DNA of 64,000 bases from an uncultured Candidatus Saccharibacteria bacterium (GCA_964390265.1 CAYMHI010000003.1:1332-65331); one strand, 5' to 3'; positions 36,606-46,441 are shown, numbered from the stretch's first letter. Made by a program: numbers and translations. Notes: generated by a model from the sequence alone, not told the origin.

Positions 36606-37084
36606 AACTTATAAAAATGCGTGTTTTTATTTTTATAAGTAATTTGAGTATTGGGCAGTTCAAATACAAAGCTAGCAAAGTAGCTACCAGTCTTCATTTC
36701 GCTACGAAGCTTCTCTTCTAGCTTTTGCATATGTTTGGTTAATAAAAAAGTAAATACCAAGTCTGCATTTGAAATGTCAGCCCTCCAAAAACTTTTAAAC
36801 TTGACCTTGGCATTAGGATACCTTCGCAGTCTATAAACCGAAATTAACCATAAATATGGGTTGATTTCATAACCAACGGCCCTATAGCCTTTTTGCGCGG
36901 CTAATAACACCATTCTGCCGTCACCCGAGCCTAAATCAATTACCAAATCATTTTTAGCAAGTTTTACTTTGTTAAATATTTGTTTTAAAAATTTTGTGTT
37001 GGTTGGCACGTATGGTGCCCCAAAAAATATTGAGTAACAATACAATAGTACAAGTACACCTGCTACACAGTATAGAATAATCAT
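36602..37084 (-). CDS. Small membrane-anchored class I SAM-dependent methyltransferase-like protein
   Basis: Motif I VIDLGSGDGRMVLLAA and acidic post-I (GYEINP); N-terminal TM. Confidence 0.4.
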   Translation of the reverse strand: MIILYCVAGVLVLLYCYSIFFGAPYVPTNTKFLKQIFNKVKLAKNDLVIDLGSGDGRMVLLAAQKGYRAVGYEINPYLWLISVYRLRRYPNAKVKFKSFWRADISNADLVFTFLLTKHMQKLEEKLRSEMKTGSYFASFVFELPNTQITYKNKNTHFYKF

Positions 37085-37101
37085 ATATATTCCTTGGTAG
37101 A

Positions 37102-37569
37102 TTACTTATTTTCTTTTAGCCACTTTTCTACTTCACTCACCGTTTTGAGTGGTTGAATCTTGGGCCAAGCATGTAGAATTTCTAAATTTGGCCCTACAAG
37201 GACGGCTGAGCGAATTATTCCCATAAACTTACGTCCATACATGCTCTTTTGGCCCCAGGCTCCATAGGCTTCAATCATTTTAGTGCTAGGATCGGCCAGA
37301 ATAGTAAATGGTAACTTATGCTTTTGAGAGAATTTTAAATGACTGGCTACATCGTCTTTACTTACACCAATTACGTCAATCCCCTTGGCTTGTAGGCTTT
37401 CAAAATTATCACGTAAACTACAAGCTTGAGCTGTGCAGCCTGGCGTTTCGTCTTTGGGGTAAAAATATATCAGAGTAGTTTTACCCATTATGTCTTTTAA
37501 ACTATTCGGGATGTTGTTTTGATCTAATAATTTGTAATCTGGTGCTTGATCGCCCGCTTCTAATGCCAT
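37102..37569 (-). CDS. bcp: Thiol peroxidase Bcp (thioredoxin-dependent peroxiredoxin)
   Basis: YFYPKDETPGCTAQAC active-site motif. Confidence 0.75.
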   Translation of the reverse strand: MALEAGDQAPDYKLLDQNNIPNSLKDIMGKTTLIYFYPKDETPGCTAQACSLRDNFESLQAKGIDVIGVSKDDVASHLKFSQKHKLPFTILADPSTKMIEAYGAWGQKSMYGRKFMGIIRSAVLVGPNLEILHAWPKIQPLKTVSEVEKWLKENK

Positions 37570-37573
37570 ATTT

Positions 37574-38320
37574 CTAGTTCCTCTCTCTTAAGTACTGATC
37601 CCACTTATGAAACAGTGCCGTGGTGGCCCGTAAATCATCAACATTGTAACGAGCTATCTCTAGGCCTTTTCCGGCCTTATAATACTCGCCTACCTGGCTG
37701 CCGTCCATTTCGCCCTTAGGCGAATCAATACCAAAAGCCCTGCACCACCGGTGTAAGCTGCCTCTATACATCGCTGTGCCATAAAAGCTCAATAGCTCGG
37801 CTAGATCATAATGTACTGCGCCTGGGTACCTGCTTGAGTTGTAACGATTAGATATAAGGTCTTTGCTGGGGCGAATACTGTGAATGGCCGAGCGAATATT
37901 GATATATGGTACATCTGAGCGACGCCCAAAAAAACTTATAAATTCATCAGCCGTTTCAGCCAAAGCCCAAAACTTTACCAATATTTCAGGCTCAGTCATC
38001 GGTACGTATTTGATATCACCTTCTTCTAAATCTTTTTGTTTCCCACTAGGGTCTTGATAATATACTGCACCCTTCTCGGTATCTATATCGTACACGCCAA
38101 TTGCCACAATAAATCCCGTGAGGGGGCTAAAAACCAATTTATCTTTTACATACTCAAGTTCTTTTTCGTACCCCTTGGGGTCTTCTTTTTTATCTGGCGC
38201 CTGTTTAAGTAAATCTTTTTGGGTAATGGCGTCAAAATCATCCCAGTTTTCGGCCGCAAACTCTACATCGAATACTAATCTTTTTTTCTGCATTGGTTTA
38301 TTATACTCGACCTCAAACAT
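37574..38320 (-). CDS. RNase H-like 3'-5' exonuclease-fold protein (DEDDy-type, PolB-exo/YprB-like)
   Basis: Exo I-like LVFDVEF and Exo III-like YNVDDLRATTALF (Y-x3-D). Confidence 0.4.
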   Translation of the reverse strand: MFEVEYNKPMQKKRLVFDVEFAAENWDDFDAITQKDLLKQAPDKKEDPKGYEKELEYVKDKLVFSPLTGFIVAIGVYDIDTEKGAVYYQDPSGKQKDLEEGDIKYVPMTEPEILVKFWALAETADEFISFFGRRSDVPYINIRSAIHSIRPSKDLISNRYNSSRYPGAVHYDLAELLSFYGTAMYRGSLHRWCRAFGIDSPKGEMDGSQVGEYYKAGKGLEIARYNVDDLRATTALFHKWDQYLRERN

Positions 38321-38379
38321 TATTCCCAGTACCTAAGAATATGATTGGTCATTCAGAAGGTATTTTTACTTACATTATA

Positions 38380-39249
38380 TTAAACCACTTTCTCTATCCA
38401 ATTAAGCAATTGTTCTAGTGAGAGATGCTTTTCAATATTGTGGTACTCAAAAAATTCATTTGGGAAAAATAATAATGCTTTTAAATTTAGGCTACCAATA
38501 TCAGCAAGTAATTGTATATTTGCTTGAGTGACATATTTTGAAAAGTCGCTTGTTTTTTCTGGTGCAATACTTGAGCGCGCGGCAATATTAACGAAAGGCG
38601 CGCAATATGGGACTCTAAATTTTTTATTTGCTAGACTCACCACTAAGCCACCCTGTTTGGCGCCAAAGATATAATCCCTGGGATCGGTAAGCTCAAGTAA
38701 ATCATCAGGTTGATAGTAAACACAAGCGTCAATATAGTGCGAATCAATTAATTGTGTGCTCGAAACTCCCGTAATAACAGAGTGGATCACCATCCCTTGT
38801 TTCTCTAAAAAATCAATCATGAATTTTAGGGTACTACCAGTATACACATCGTCTTCAAGTATACCGAATTCGTTGCCATACAATGCAATTACCTGTTTTG
38901 ATTGATTGACCAACTCATCAAAGCCGGGGCGTGAAGTAATATCTATCTGTTTACTCGTGGCATAGTTAAATCGCCTACTAACTCCAAATGGAATACCAAG
39001 CTTACTTTGTGAGTCGAAATTAAGATACTTCTTGGTGCTATTTAGCTTTGCAGATTTCTGCTTTTCAAGTTGTGTAAAGCTATGCAATTCTATCTTAACA
39101 GGCTCTCTCAGACACATATTTATTGCATCTACAAGAGCTAATATAAACTTGTCATAAGCAGTCTTAAGTTTGTTGGGTGGAATGATATTACTTGCCAGAC
39201 AACCTATTACTGTTTCAGGTTTTTCGGTTCTTAATGCGTATATTTTCAT
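38380..39249 (-). CDS. Phosphoribosyltransferase-domain protein of unknown specificity
   Basis: PRPP-binding-like motif ILEDDVYTGSTL. Confidence 0.35.
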   Translation of the reverse strand: MKIYALRTEKPETVIGCLASNIIPPNKLKTAYDKFILALVDAINMCLREPVKIELHSFTQLEKQKSAKLNSTKKYLNFDSQSKLGIPFGVSRRFNYATSKQIDITSRPGFDELVNQSKQVIALYGNEFGILEDDVYTGSTLKFMIDFLEKQGMVIHSVITGVSSTQLIDSHYIDACVYYQPDDLLELTDPRDYIFGAKQGGLVVSLANKKFRVPYCAPFVNIAARSSIAPEKTSDFSKYVTQANIQLLADIGSLNLKALLFFPNEFFEYHNIEKHLSLEQLLNWIEKVV

Positions 39250-39338
39250 TGTCTTATTATATTCTAGTTTTGACGAATGGCACCAAGCAAGCGATGCTCA
39301 ATGAGTATTTACCCAAGTTCTATCGTGGGTCGTCTAAG

Positions 39339-40562
39339 TTATTTTTGTACAAAGGTATGAGCGTGCCCACGTTTGCCAGCACGACCTGTACGGCCAATGC
39401 GGTGCACGTAGTCTTCGTAGGTTGAGGGCTGATCGTAGTTGATTACGTGGCTTACGTTAGGAATATCGAGTCCTCTAGCAGCAACATCAGTAGCAACGAG
39501 TACCTCTACTTTGCCGTCAGTAAAAGCCTTAAGGGCTCTTTGGCGTTGGGGCTGGCTTTTATTACCATGAATGGCCTCAGATTTTATTCCCTGCCTGTTC
39601 AGTGAATCAGCTAACTTTTGCACCCCCCACTTGGTTTGGCCAAATACTAATACCTTGTTGTAGTGACCTTGAATTAACATCTTTTCTAGTAGTTCAACTT
39701 TTTGGGCGGGATTGGTGTACTCAACAACATCCTGCTCAATATGTTCGCTAGTTTCTACTGTGCGAGCCGAAATTGTTACCGGCTTATCTAGCATGGCATC
39801 CATAAGACGTTGTATTTCTGGAGTAATGGTGGCGCTAAAACATAGCGATTGGCGCTGCTTGGGTAGTAAATTAATTAAAAATCGTATATCGGGTATAAAT
39901 CCCATATCAAGCATTCTATCGGCTTCATCAAGAACCAGCATGCTTGTATTGCTAAGATCTAGCTTGCGCTGATTGCACAAATCTTTTAGACGACCAGGGG
40001 TACCAATTATTACTTGAGGGCGACGAGCTATCTCTCTTATTTGCTTTTGGATGTTTACTCCGCCTACACAGATTGTGCTATATAACTGCAGGCCACGAGC
40101 AAATATCTTAAATTCTTCATCTATCTGCACGGCCAATTCTCTAGTGGGAGCAATTATTAATGCTATAACACCTTGTGGGCGATCCTTTTGGGTTTTGAGC
40201 ATATGAATAAGCGGCAGTACAAAGGCAGCCGTCTTACCGGTACCAGTATTGGCTAGCCCTATTACGTCGTGCCCCTTAAGTACTTCTGGGATTGCTCCGT
40301 CTTGAATTTGGGTAGGTATTGTGTAGCCTTTATGCTCTAAATTACTTTGCAGGGCTTGTATTAAACCAAAATCGGCAAATGTGTGTTTGGGCACATACGG
40401 CTCAAAGTCTTGCTGGGCTACAGCTTTGTTTACGAACTTTTGTGGATCAATATATTTACCATGGCGGTTGCCGCCACCCTGTCGATTGTTATTACTTTTT
40501 TTATAGCCAAACGGCTTTCTAGATCGCGAACTTCTTCGCGAGTTATATGAATTACTTTTCAT
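39339..40562 (-). CDS. DEAD-box ATP-dependent RNA helicase with C-terminal Arg/Gly-rich tail
   Basis: Q-motif (FADFGL...PTQIQ), TGTGKT, DEAD, SAT, HRIGRTGRAG. Confidence 0.8.
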   Translation of the reverse strand: MKSNSYNSRRSSRSRKPFGYKKSNNNRQGGGNRHGKYIDPQKFVNKAVAQQDFEPYVPKHTFADFGLIQALQSNLEHKGYTIPTQIQDGAIPEVLKGHDVIGLANTGTGKTAAFVLPLIHMLKTQKDRPQGVIALIIAPTRELAVQIDEEFKIFARGLQLYSTICVGGVNIQKQIREIARRPQVIIGTPGRLKDLCNQRKLDLSNTSMLVLDEADRMLDMGFIPDIRFLINLLPKQRQSLCFSATITPEIQRLMDAMLDKPVTISARTVETSEHIEQDVVEYTNPAQKVELLEKMLIQGHYNKVLVFGQTKWGVQKLADSLNRQGIKSEAIHGNKSQPQRQRALKAFTDGKVEVLVATDVAARGLDIPNVSHVINYDQPSTYEDYVHRIGRTGRAGKRGHAHTFVQK

Positions 40563-40761
40563 GTTTTAAATGGATTCCTTAATAAATTAGTTGTTATTTT
40601 CATCTTGCTTGGTGAATAGCAAAGATTAATTAAACAACTTTGGCATCCACTTTTTAGGTGTTAATGGCACCTATAACAAATGTATCCAATCAGTATAACA
40701 CATCCTGCCTTGTTTGTCTATGATAGTGATGTTTTTATATTGTAAACTACTATTTTATAAT

Positions 40762-41553
40762 TTATGAAGTTTTGCCAAATTTCCAGACGGCCAATGGTAC
40801 AAATACAATTAATATACCTACTATCCAGACCATAGTAATATATACTGCATCAATTGCCACACCACCAAGGAGTAGTGCTCTCATGGCGTTTATTAGTTGG
40901 GTTACCGGTTGATTACGCGCAAAGGTCTGTAGCCAGCCTGGCATAGTAGCTACTGGCACAAAGGCCGAACTTGCAAAAGTAAGAGGAAACACAAATAAGA
41001 ATCCAGCTGTCTGTACAGCTTCGGCATTACGAATAAACAAACCAAGCGTAGCAGTTACCCAAGAAAAGGCAAAGCTAAAAGCCACTACAAGTACCAGTGC
41101 AGCAATAAATTTACCTGTACCGGCCTGGTAGCGAAAGCCCATCATAGTACCCACTACAAACATTAAGGTAATAGTAAAGGTGGTACGCAACCCATCGGCG
41201 ATAGTTCTGCCGGCCAGTACTGCTCCTCGGCTCATCGGTAAACTCCTAAAACGATCAATCGCCCCTTTGTCGAGGTCTTCTACTAGAGCTACTGGAGTTT
41301 GTAATGCGCCAAAAAGTGCGCTCTGGGCCATAATGCCGGGTAATAAAAAGTTGATGTAGCTACTACCTGGTGTGGCTACGCCAATGGCCCCGCCAAAAAC
41401 ATAGTTAAACAGTACCAAAAACATAATGGGTTGAATACTAGAAAAAACCAAAATCTGCGGCGATCTTCGTACCCTCATAATGTTTCTTTTGACTATGGCT
41501 GCTACATCACTAAGACTAGATTTAATAGTTGTGAGAATATTGGTTTTTTCCAC
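40762..41553 (-). CDS. ABC-2 type transporter permease
   Basis: Six TM segments; translationally coupled (stop/start overlap) to the upstream ABC ATPase. Confidence 0.6.
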   Translation of the reverse strand: MEKTNILTTIKSSLSDVAAIVKRNIMRVRRSPQILVFSSIQPIMFLVLFNYVFGGAIGVATPGSSYINFLLPGIMAQSALFGALQTPVALVEDLDKGAIDRFRSLPMSRGAVLAGRTIADGLRTTFTITLMFVVGTMMGFRYQAGTGKFIAALVLVVAFSFAFSWVTATLGLFIRNAEAVQTAGFLFVFPLTFASSAFVPVATMPGWLQTFARNQPVTQLINAMRALLLGGVAIDAVYITMVWIVGILIVFVPLAVWKFGKTS

Positions 41554-42536
41554 TATTTCTTCCCCTTTTTGGTAGCTTTATGATCTTTAGTTGTTTTTTT
41601 GCCAGTTACGGCTAAAAATACATCATCTAAGCTTGGTCTGTGAACCGAAACATCGTCTGGCTTAATATTGGCCTTATCTAATTCCTTTAAAATCTTTATA
41701 AGCATATCTGAGCCCTTTTGGGCCCTAACGCTTAACGCACCGCTCATTTCGTCGGTGGTGGGATTTGATTTAGAAACTCTTTTCATTATTTCTTTGGCCT
41801 TGTCGTGATCGGCCTTACTTACATGCATTTCTACCACATCTCTGCCCAGGCTAGATTTGAGCTGTGTTGCAGTACCAGACTTTACTACCTTACCTCTATC
41901 GATAATACTAATATAGTCACAAAGTGCGTCGGCTTCTTCTAGATATTGCGTGGTGAGTAGTAATGTTCTGCCTTCAGCTACTAGCTCTCGTATAAGCTCC
42001 CAAAGTTCTTGGCGGGTTCGCGGATCTAAACCTGTAGTAGGCTCGTCTAAAAATAAAATTTCGGGTCGGCCTACTAGGCTGGCACCTAGGTCTAAACGAC
42101 GACGCATGCCGCCTGAATATGTTTTGGCAGGCCTATCGGCAGCATCTTGCAGGCTCAGACGCTTGAGTAATTCATTGGTGCGTTTTTTGGCCTCTCGCTT
42201 GGGTATATGGTAAAGCCTAGCTACCATCATTAGAGTCTCGCGGCCAGTTAAAAAATCATCAACCGCGGCGAATTGTCCGGCCAGGCCTATCATACGACGA
42301 ACTTGAGTAGGATGCTCGGTTACGTTTACGCCATTTATTAATACCTCGCCGCTGTCGGGCTGTAAAAGTGTTGCTAGTGCACGTACAACTGTAGTTTTAC
42401 CAGCACCATTAGGCCCCAGCAAACCATATATTTTGCCTTTATCTACATGTAGGCTAACACCGTCTAGTGCTTTTACTTCGCCATAGTATTTCTTGAGATT
42501 GTCTACTACAATTACTGCAGTTTCAGATTTGATCAT
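41553..42536 (-). CDS. ABC transporter ATP-binding protein (DrrA-like)
   Basis: Walker A GPNGAGKTT, signature LSGGMRRRL, Walker B LFLDEPT. Confidence 0.8.
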   Translation of the reverse strand: MIKSETAVIVVDNLKKYYGEVKALDGVSLHVDKGKIYGLLGPNGAGKTTVVRALATLLQPDSGEVLINGVNVTEHPTQVRRMIGLAGQFAAVDDFLTGRETLMMVARLYHIPKREAKKRTNELLKRLSLQDAADRPAKTYSGGMRRRLDLGASLVGRPEILFLDEPTTGLDPRTRQELWELIRELVAEGRTLLLTTQYLEEADALCDYISIIDRGKVVKSGTATQLKSSLGRDVVEMHVSKADHDKAKEIMKRVSKSNPTTDEMSGALSVRAQKGSDMLIKILKELDKANIKPDDVSVHRPSLDDVFLAVTGKKTTKDHKATKKGKK

Positions 42537-42589
42537 AATACATTAATTGTATCATATAGCTTCTAGCCTCATAGAAATTCTATTTAAAT

Positions 42590-42628
42590 TAAAAAGCCCG
42601 CATCGACATTTAAGCTGATGCGGGTGGA
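42590..42628 (-). terminator. Rho-independent terminator for the 113-aa ORF (9-bp GC-rich stem GCCCGCATC/GATGCGGGC, U-run)
   Basis: Seen in the sequence; on the minus strand the hairpin is followed by TTTTT. Confidence 0.6.
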
Positions 42629-42688
42629 TCCCCAAAAAGCGCCAAAAGGCATGCTCCCTGGGGTGACCCGTGGCGGGCCGAGAGCGAG

Positions 42689-43030
42689 TTAGAACAGGCG
42701 CCGGTCATTGAGCAACATGCCTGTGATCTCTTCCCAGATACTTGGGCTATGGGCGGGGTTGATTTTGAACTTATCACCCATCTCGATGAATCGAGGGGCG
42801 GTAATAATCTTGGATTTTCTCCAATCGCTGTTCAAACCCCTTGTGCGAAAGGTTACTTCCTCGACTTGATTCAGTCCAACTTTTGAACCAGAATTGAGGT
42901 TAAGCTCGATGCGGGTGTCGGTGGTTTCGACTGTGAGTACATCTCCTAGACGAATGTCTCTACCTAGTTCGACATATTGCTTGCCAGCCAACAGTCGTTC
43001 TGGTAGAGGCGACCTTCGTGTGTGAATCAT
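42689..43030 (-). CDS. Hypothetical protein (113 aa), GC-shifted. Weak resemblance to a PilZ-like beta-barrel.
   Basis: ORF track; local GC about 48-50%; RR..R and DIRLGD are only loosely PilZ-like. Confidence 0.3.
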   Translation of the reverse strand: MIHTRRSPLPERLLAGKQYVELGRDIRLGDVLTVETTDTRIELNLNSGSKVGLNQVEEVTFRTRGLNSDWRKSKIITAPRFIEMGDKFKINPAHSPSIWEEITGMLLNDRRLF

Positions 43031-43363
43031 TCAACATCTCCCTGTTGTAATGTCGGCAACAATTGGCAGTGCAGTAACCGGGCCTTTCCCGTTGGTACGG
43101 CAATTATATTATCATAGTAGTAGTGTATTGTCAATTATTACCCTTGCGATAAGATTGTGTACTTTTCTAAGCATTAGGTATATACACACTTAAGTGCTAT
43201 ACTAATTGGTAGCAAGAAAATCTCGTGAAGTATCGTAGCAATCATTAGCCTTCAAAAAGCTCATAGAACTCGGTTTGAACGGAGACCCTTGTCTCATTAA
43301 TAAACTAATTTGAGCCCTAGATTAATCTAGAAATACTCATACAAGAAAGGCTAGCTAAATTAA

Positions 43364-43645
43364 ATGGCAGCAAAACTATACGTAGGAAAACTTCCCTACT
43401 CAACAACAGAAGAAGAATTAAAAACAATGTTTGGTGCTCACGGCACCGTAATAAGCGCACAAGTTATTACCGATCGTGACTCAGGACAATCAAAGGGATT
43501 TGCTTTTGTAGAAATGGAATCAGAAGCCGAAGCTGAAGCAGCTATCAAGGCATTAGACAACAGCGAAGTAGATGGTCGCAATATTGTTGTAAATATTGCC
43601 CGTCCAAAAGAAGACCGCCCAGCTGGCGGTGGTTACCGTAACTAA
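43364..43645 (+). CDS. RRM-type RNA-binding protein with Gly-rich C-terminus
   Basis: RNP-2 (KLYVGKL) and RNP-1 (KGFAFVEM) motifs. Confidence 0.7.
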   Translation: MAAKLYVGKLPYSTTEEELKTMFGAHGTVISAQVITDRDSGQSKGFAFVEMESEAEAEAAIKALDNSEVDGRNIVVNIARPKEDRPAGGGYRN

Positions 43646-43706
43646 CCAAAACCTTTAAATCTAAAATTAAATAGATAATATATAGACTGGCTTTTGCGCC
43701 AGTCTA

Positions 43707-44777
43707 TTGGTTGCCCATAAAATTACAAAACTTATGAAAATCGATAAAAACATACAAATCACATATTCTACAAATTCCACTCATTTAGCGATGAGTAGCA
43801 AGACTCGTGAATTAATATTAGATGCATTGTCAAAACGATTCACTCGGGTGGGTCAAGTGATGATAAATTGCGAATCAGATCTAAACAAACTACTTATCGA
43901 TAAGCCAGATTTGGTATTCCTTGGTATGAAAGATAAAGCACTTCCAAGTACTAGAAATACCAATATCTACTTAAGTGATTTTCTTAATGAAAACAACATT
44001 TTATGTGTTGGCTCTTCCAAAAAAGCCAGAAAATTAAGTAGTAATAAGTATTTAGCCAAAGAGCTTGTACGGGATGCTGGGATACTCACAGCTGATTTTT
44101 TTCTGGCTCATCCGGGCCAATTTACTAGCGCGCAGGACTTACCTCTGGAGTTTCCTCTATTTATTAAGCCACCTAGTAGAAGTAAGGGTTCGGGTATAGA
44201 TAGCAAATCAGTAGCAAGAGATTTTACGCAGTATGTGGCCAAAATAGAGCAAATTTACAATAAGTACCAATCAAAATCCTTGGTAGAAAAATATTTGTCA
44301 GGACGTGAATTCTCGGTAGCGATTCTTGAGCGGCCAAACAACAAGCAACCCTTGACGATGCCCATAGAACTCATTGCTAAGCCAAATATAAGAGGCGATA
44401 GATTGCTTGGATTGGTAGAAAAAACTGAAGACAAAGAAAAGGTAGTTTTGGTCAATGACCCCCCAACTGCTCAAAAACTAAAAGACACAGCTATTAAAGT
44501 ATTTAAAATACTTGGTGCGAGGGATTATGCTCGAATTGATTTTAGGATGGATGATAACGGACAGATCTTTTTTCTTGAAGCAAACACATTGCCCGGACTA
44601 GGGTATGGCTATTTTTATCGTGCCTGTCAACTAAACTACTCGCTAGATTATGACTCTATTATTATAAAGCTTGTTGAGCAGGGTCTAAATACAAGTCTGC
44701 AACAATCGTTGAGTGATTTTAATCTTAGCGATGAAAGCGTCAAAAGCATAGATTTACACGGTGCAAGGTCAGCTTGA
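43707..44777 (+). CDS. ddl: D-alanine--D-alanine ligase-like ATP-grasp enzyme
   Basis: C-terminal ARIDFRMDDNGQIFFLEANTLPGLG...YRACQLNYSLDYDSIIIKLVEQ closely parallels the Ddl C-terminal pattern; N-terminal region is divergent. Confidence 0.55.
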   Translation: MVAHKITKLMKIDKNIQITYSTNSTHLAMSSKTRELILDALSKRFTRVGQVMINCESDLNKLLIDKPDLVFLGMKDKALPSTRNTNIYLSDFLNENNILCVGSSKKARKLSSNKYLAKELVRDAGILTADFFLAHPGQFTSAQDLPLEFPLFIKPPSRSKGSGIDSKSVARDFTQYVAKIEQIYNKYQSKSLVEKYLSGREFSVAILERPNNKQPLTMPIELIAKPNIRGDRLLGLVEKTEDKEKVVLVNDPPTAQKLKDTAIKVFKILGARDYARIDFRMDDNGQIFFLEANTLPGLGYGYFYRACQLNYSLDYDSIIIKLVEQGLNTSLQQSLSDFNLSDESVKSIDLHGARSA

Positions 44778-44835
44778 TAATAATTGCATAATAAAGTATT
44801 ATTATCTGGTTAGTACAACAAAATATTGAGTATAT

Positions 44836-44910
44836 TGGGGTGTGGCCAAGTGGTAAGGCAACGGCTTTTGGTGCCGTCATTCGGGGGTTCGAATCCCTCC
44901 ACCCCAGCCA
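44836..44910 (+). tRNA. tRNA-Gln (anticodon UUG), CCA encoded
   Basis: Cloverleaf folded by hand: acceptor UGGGGUG/CACCCCA, D-arm GCC-AAGUGGUAA-GGC, anticodon stem ACGGC/GCCGU with loop UUUUGGU, T-arm GGGGG-UUCGAAU-CCCUC, discriminator G plus CCA. Confidence 0.8.
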
Positions 44911-44920
44911 TAATGAACAC

Positions 44921-44950
44921 CGTGACGATCCAAAAAGGTCGTCCTTTTTT
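44921..44950 (+). terminator. Hairpin plus T-run downstream of tRNA-Gln (GACGAtCC-AAAAA-GGTCGTC-CTTTTTTG)
   Basis: Seen in the sequence; stem imperfect. Confidence 0.45.
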
Positions 44951-44964
44951 GTTATAATATTTTA

Positions 44965-45747
44965 ATGAATGAATTTCTAAACTTTGCTAAACAGCAGGCA
45001 CTTCATGCTGGCGAGATAATGCTAACACACTTTCAAATGGGCATAGACGTCACCGTTAAGGCCGATAATACACCTGTAACAACTGCTGATACAACCATAA
45101 ATAATAAAGTAATCGAAGCGATTAAATCATCTTACCCAAGCCATGCCGCAATTGGCGAAGAACAAAGCCACGAGGTTTCAAATGCCGAGTACACTTGGAT
45201 TTGCGACCCTATAGATGGCACCGTCCCCTACACACTCGGTGTGCCAGTTAGTGTTTTCTCGCTTGGTTTGGTATCTCAAAATGACGGACAACCAGTAGTT
45301 GCAGTTATTTACGATCCTTATCAAAAACGTATGTATACAGCTATTAAAGGTCAGGGAGCTTATCTTAATGACAAGCCTATTAAAGTCAACTCTCAAGGCA
45401 AGCTAGATGAAGCTATTATTGGGCTATCTGGAGGTAGATCTAAGGTAGTTGATCAGGCTGAATTTAAAAAGGACGTCATTTCTCAATGTTTTAGACCAAT
45501 AATACTTAATTGCGTTATGTACGAAGCCGTATTGGTGGCTACTGGTCAGATTGGGGCTAATATATTCCCTGGCCACACTGCTCACGATGCCGTTACCGCC
45601 AAGCTTATAGTTGAAGAAGCAGGCGGTAAAGTAACAGATATTTTTGGAGAAAATCAACGCTACGATCAGCCGGTTAAAGGTGCTATTTTTAGTAACTCCC
45701 TACTTCACGACCAGCTAGTAGAAATAACTAGTAAAAATAAACTATAG
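44965..45747 (+). CDS. Inositol monophosphatase family protein (SuhB/IMPase-like)
   Basis: Metal-binding motifs (EE in IGEEQS region; WICDPIDGT). Confidence 0.7.
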   Translation: MNEFLNFAKQQALHAGEIMLTHFQMGIDVTVKADNTPVTTADTTINNKVIEAIKSSYPSHAAIGEEQSHEVSNAEYTWICDPIDGTVPYTLGVPVSVFSLGLVSQNDGQPVVAVIYDPYQKRMYTAIKGQGAYLNDKPIKVNSQGKLDEAIIGLSGGRSKVVDQAEFKKDVISQCFRPIILNCVMYEAVLVATGQIGANIFPGHTAHDAVTAKLIVEEAGGKVTDIFGENQRYDQPVKGAIFSNSLLHDQLVEITSKNKL

Positions 45748-45802
45748 CTTTTTTAATAATTAGCTACTAACACTAATTCTATTTTTTGATATAATAACAG
45801 GT

Positions 45803-46369
45803 ATGAATGATGTAAAAAGCTATAAAGAGCCGGTGATATTGGTAGATGAAGCCAACTCGCCAATTGGCCTAACTGAAAAAGCTAGCGCACACACTGCCTC
45901 CACTCCGCTCCACAGAGGGTTCTCTATATTTTTATTTAACACTAAAGGGCAGGTTTTATTGCAGCAAAGAGCCATGAGTAAAATTACTTGGCCTGGAGTA
46001 TGGAGCAATACCTGTTGTGGCCACCCTATGCCTGGAGAAACCACTCAACAGGCTGCCTTGCGAAGACTAGATTATGAACTTGGCATTAAAATTTCGGCTC
46101 AAGATATTATCATTGTATTTCCCGATTATCGTTATAAAGCCGAGCGCGAGGGCGTGATAGAAAATGAATTTTGCCCAGTAATGATTGCTAGAACCAACTC
46201 TGAGCCGGTAGCCAACCCCAAAGAAGTGATGGCAACAAAGTGGCTACTATGGAAAGATTTTATCGCCGACTCAGAAAGTTTTAAAAATTTCACTCCTTGG
46301 TGCCAAGAAGAGGCCAATTTATTAACCAAGAACGATAAATTTAGTGATTTTTATGAGACATTAAGTTAA
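45803..46369 (+). CDS. idi: Isopentenyl-diphosphate delta-isomerase, type 1 (Nudix fold)
   Basis: Conserved NTCCGHP active-site motif plus the Nudix-like region. Confidence 0.7.
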   Translation: MNDVKSYKEPVILVDEANSPIGLTEKASAHTASTPLHRGFSIFLFNTKGQVLLQQRAMSKITWPGVWSNTCCGHPMPGETTQQAALRRLDYELGIKISAQDIIIVFPDYRYKAEREGVIENEFCPVMIARTNSEPVANPKEVMATKWLLWKDFIADSESFKNFTPWCQEEANLLTKNDKFSDFYETLS

Positions 46370-46441
46370 TAATTACTATTTACATTGTAAGTATTATGTG
46401 TTATTATCTGTTTTGTACCTATTGCCTAGGTAAGGATACCA

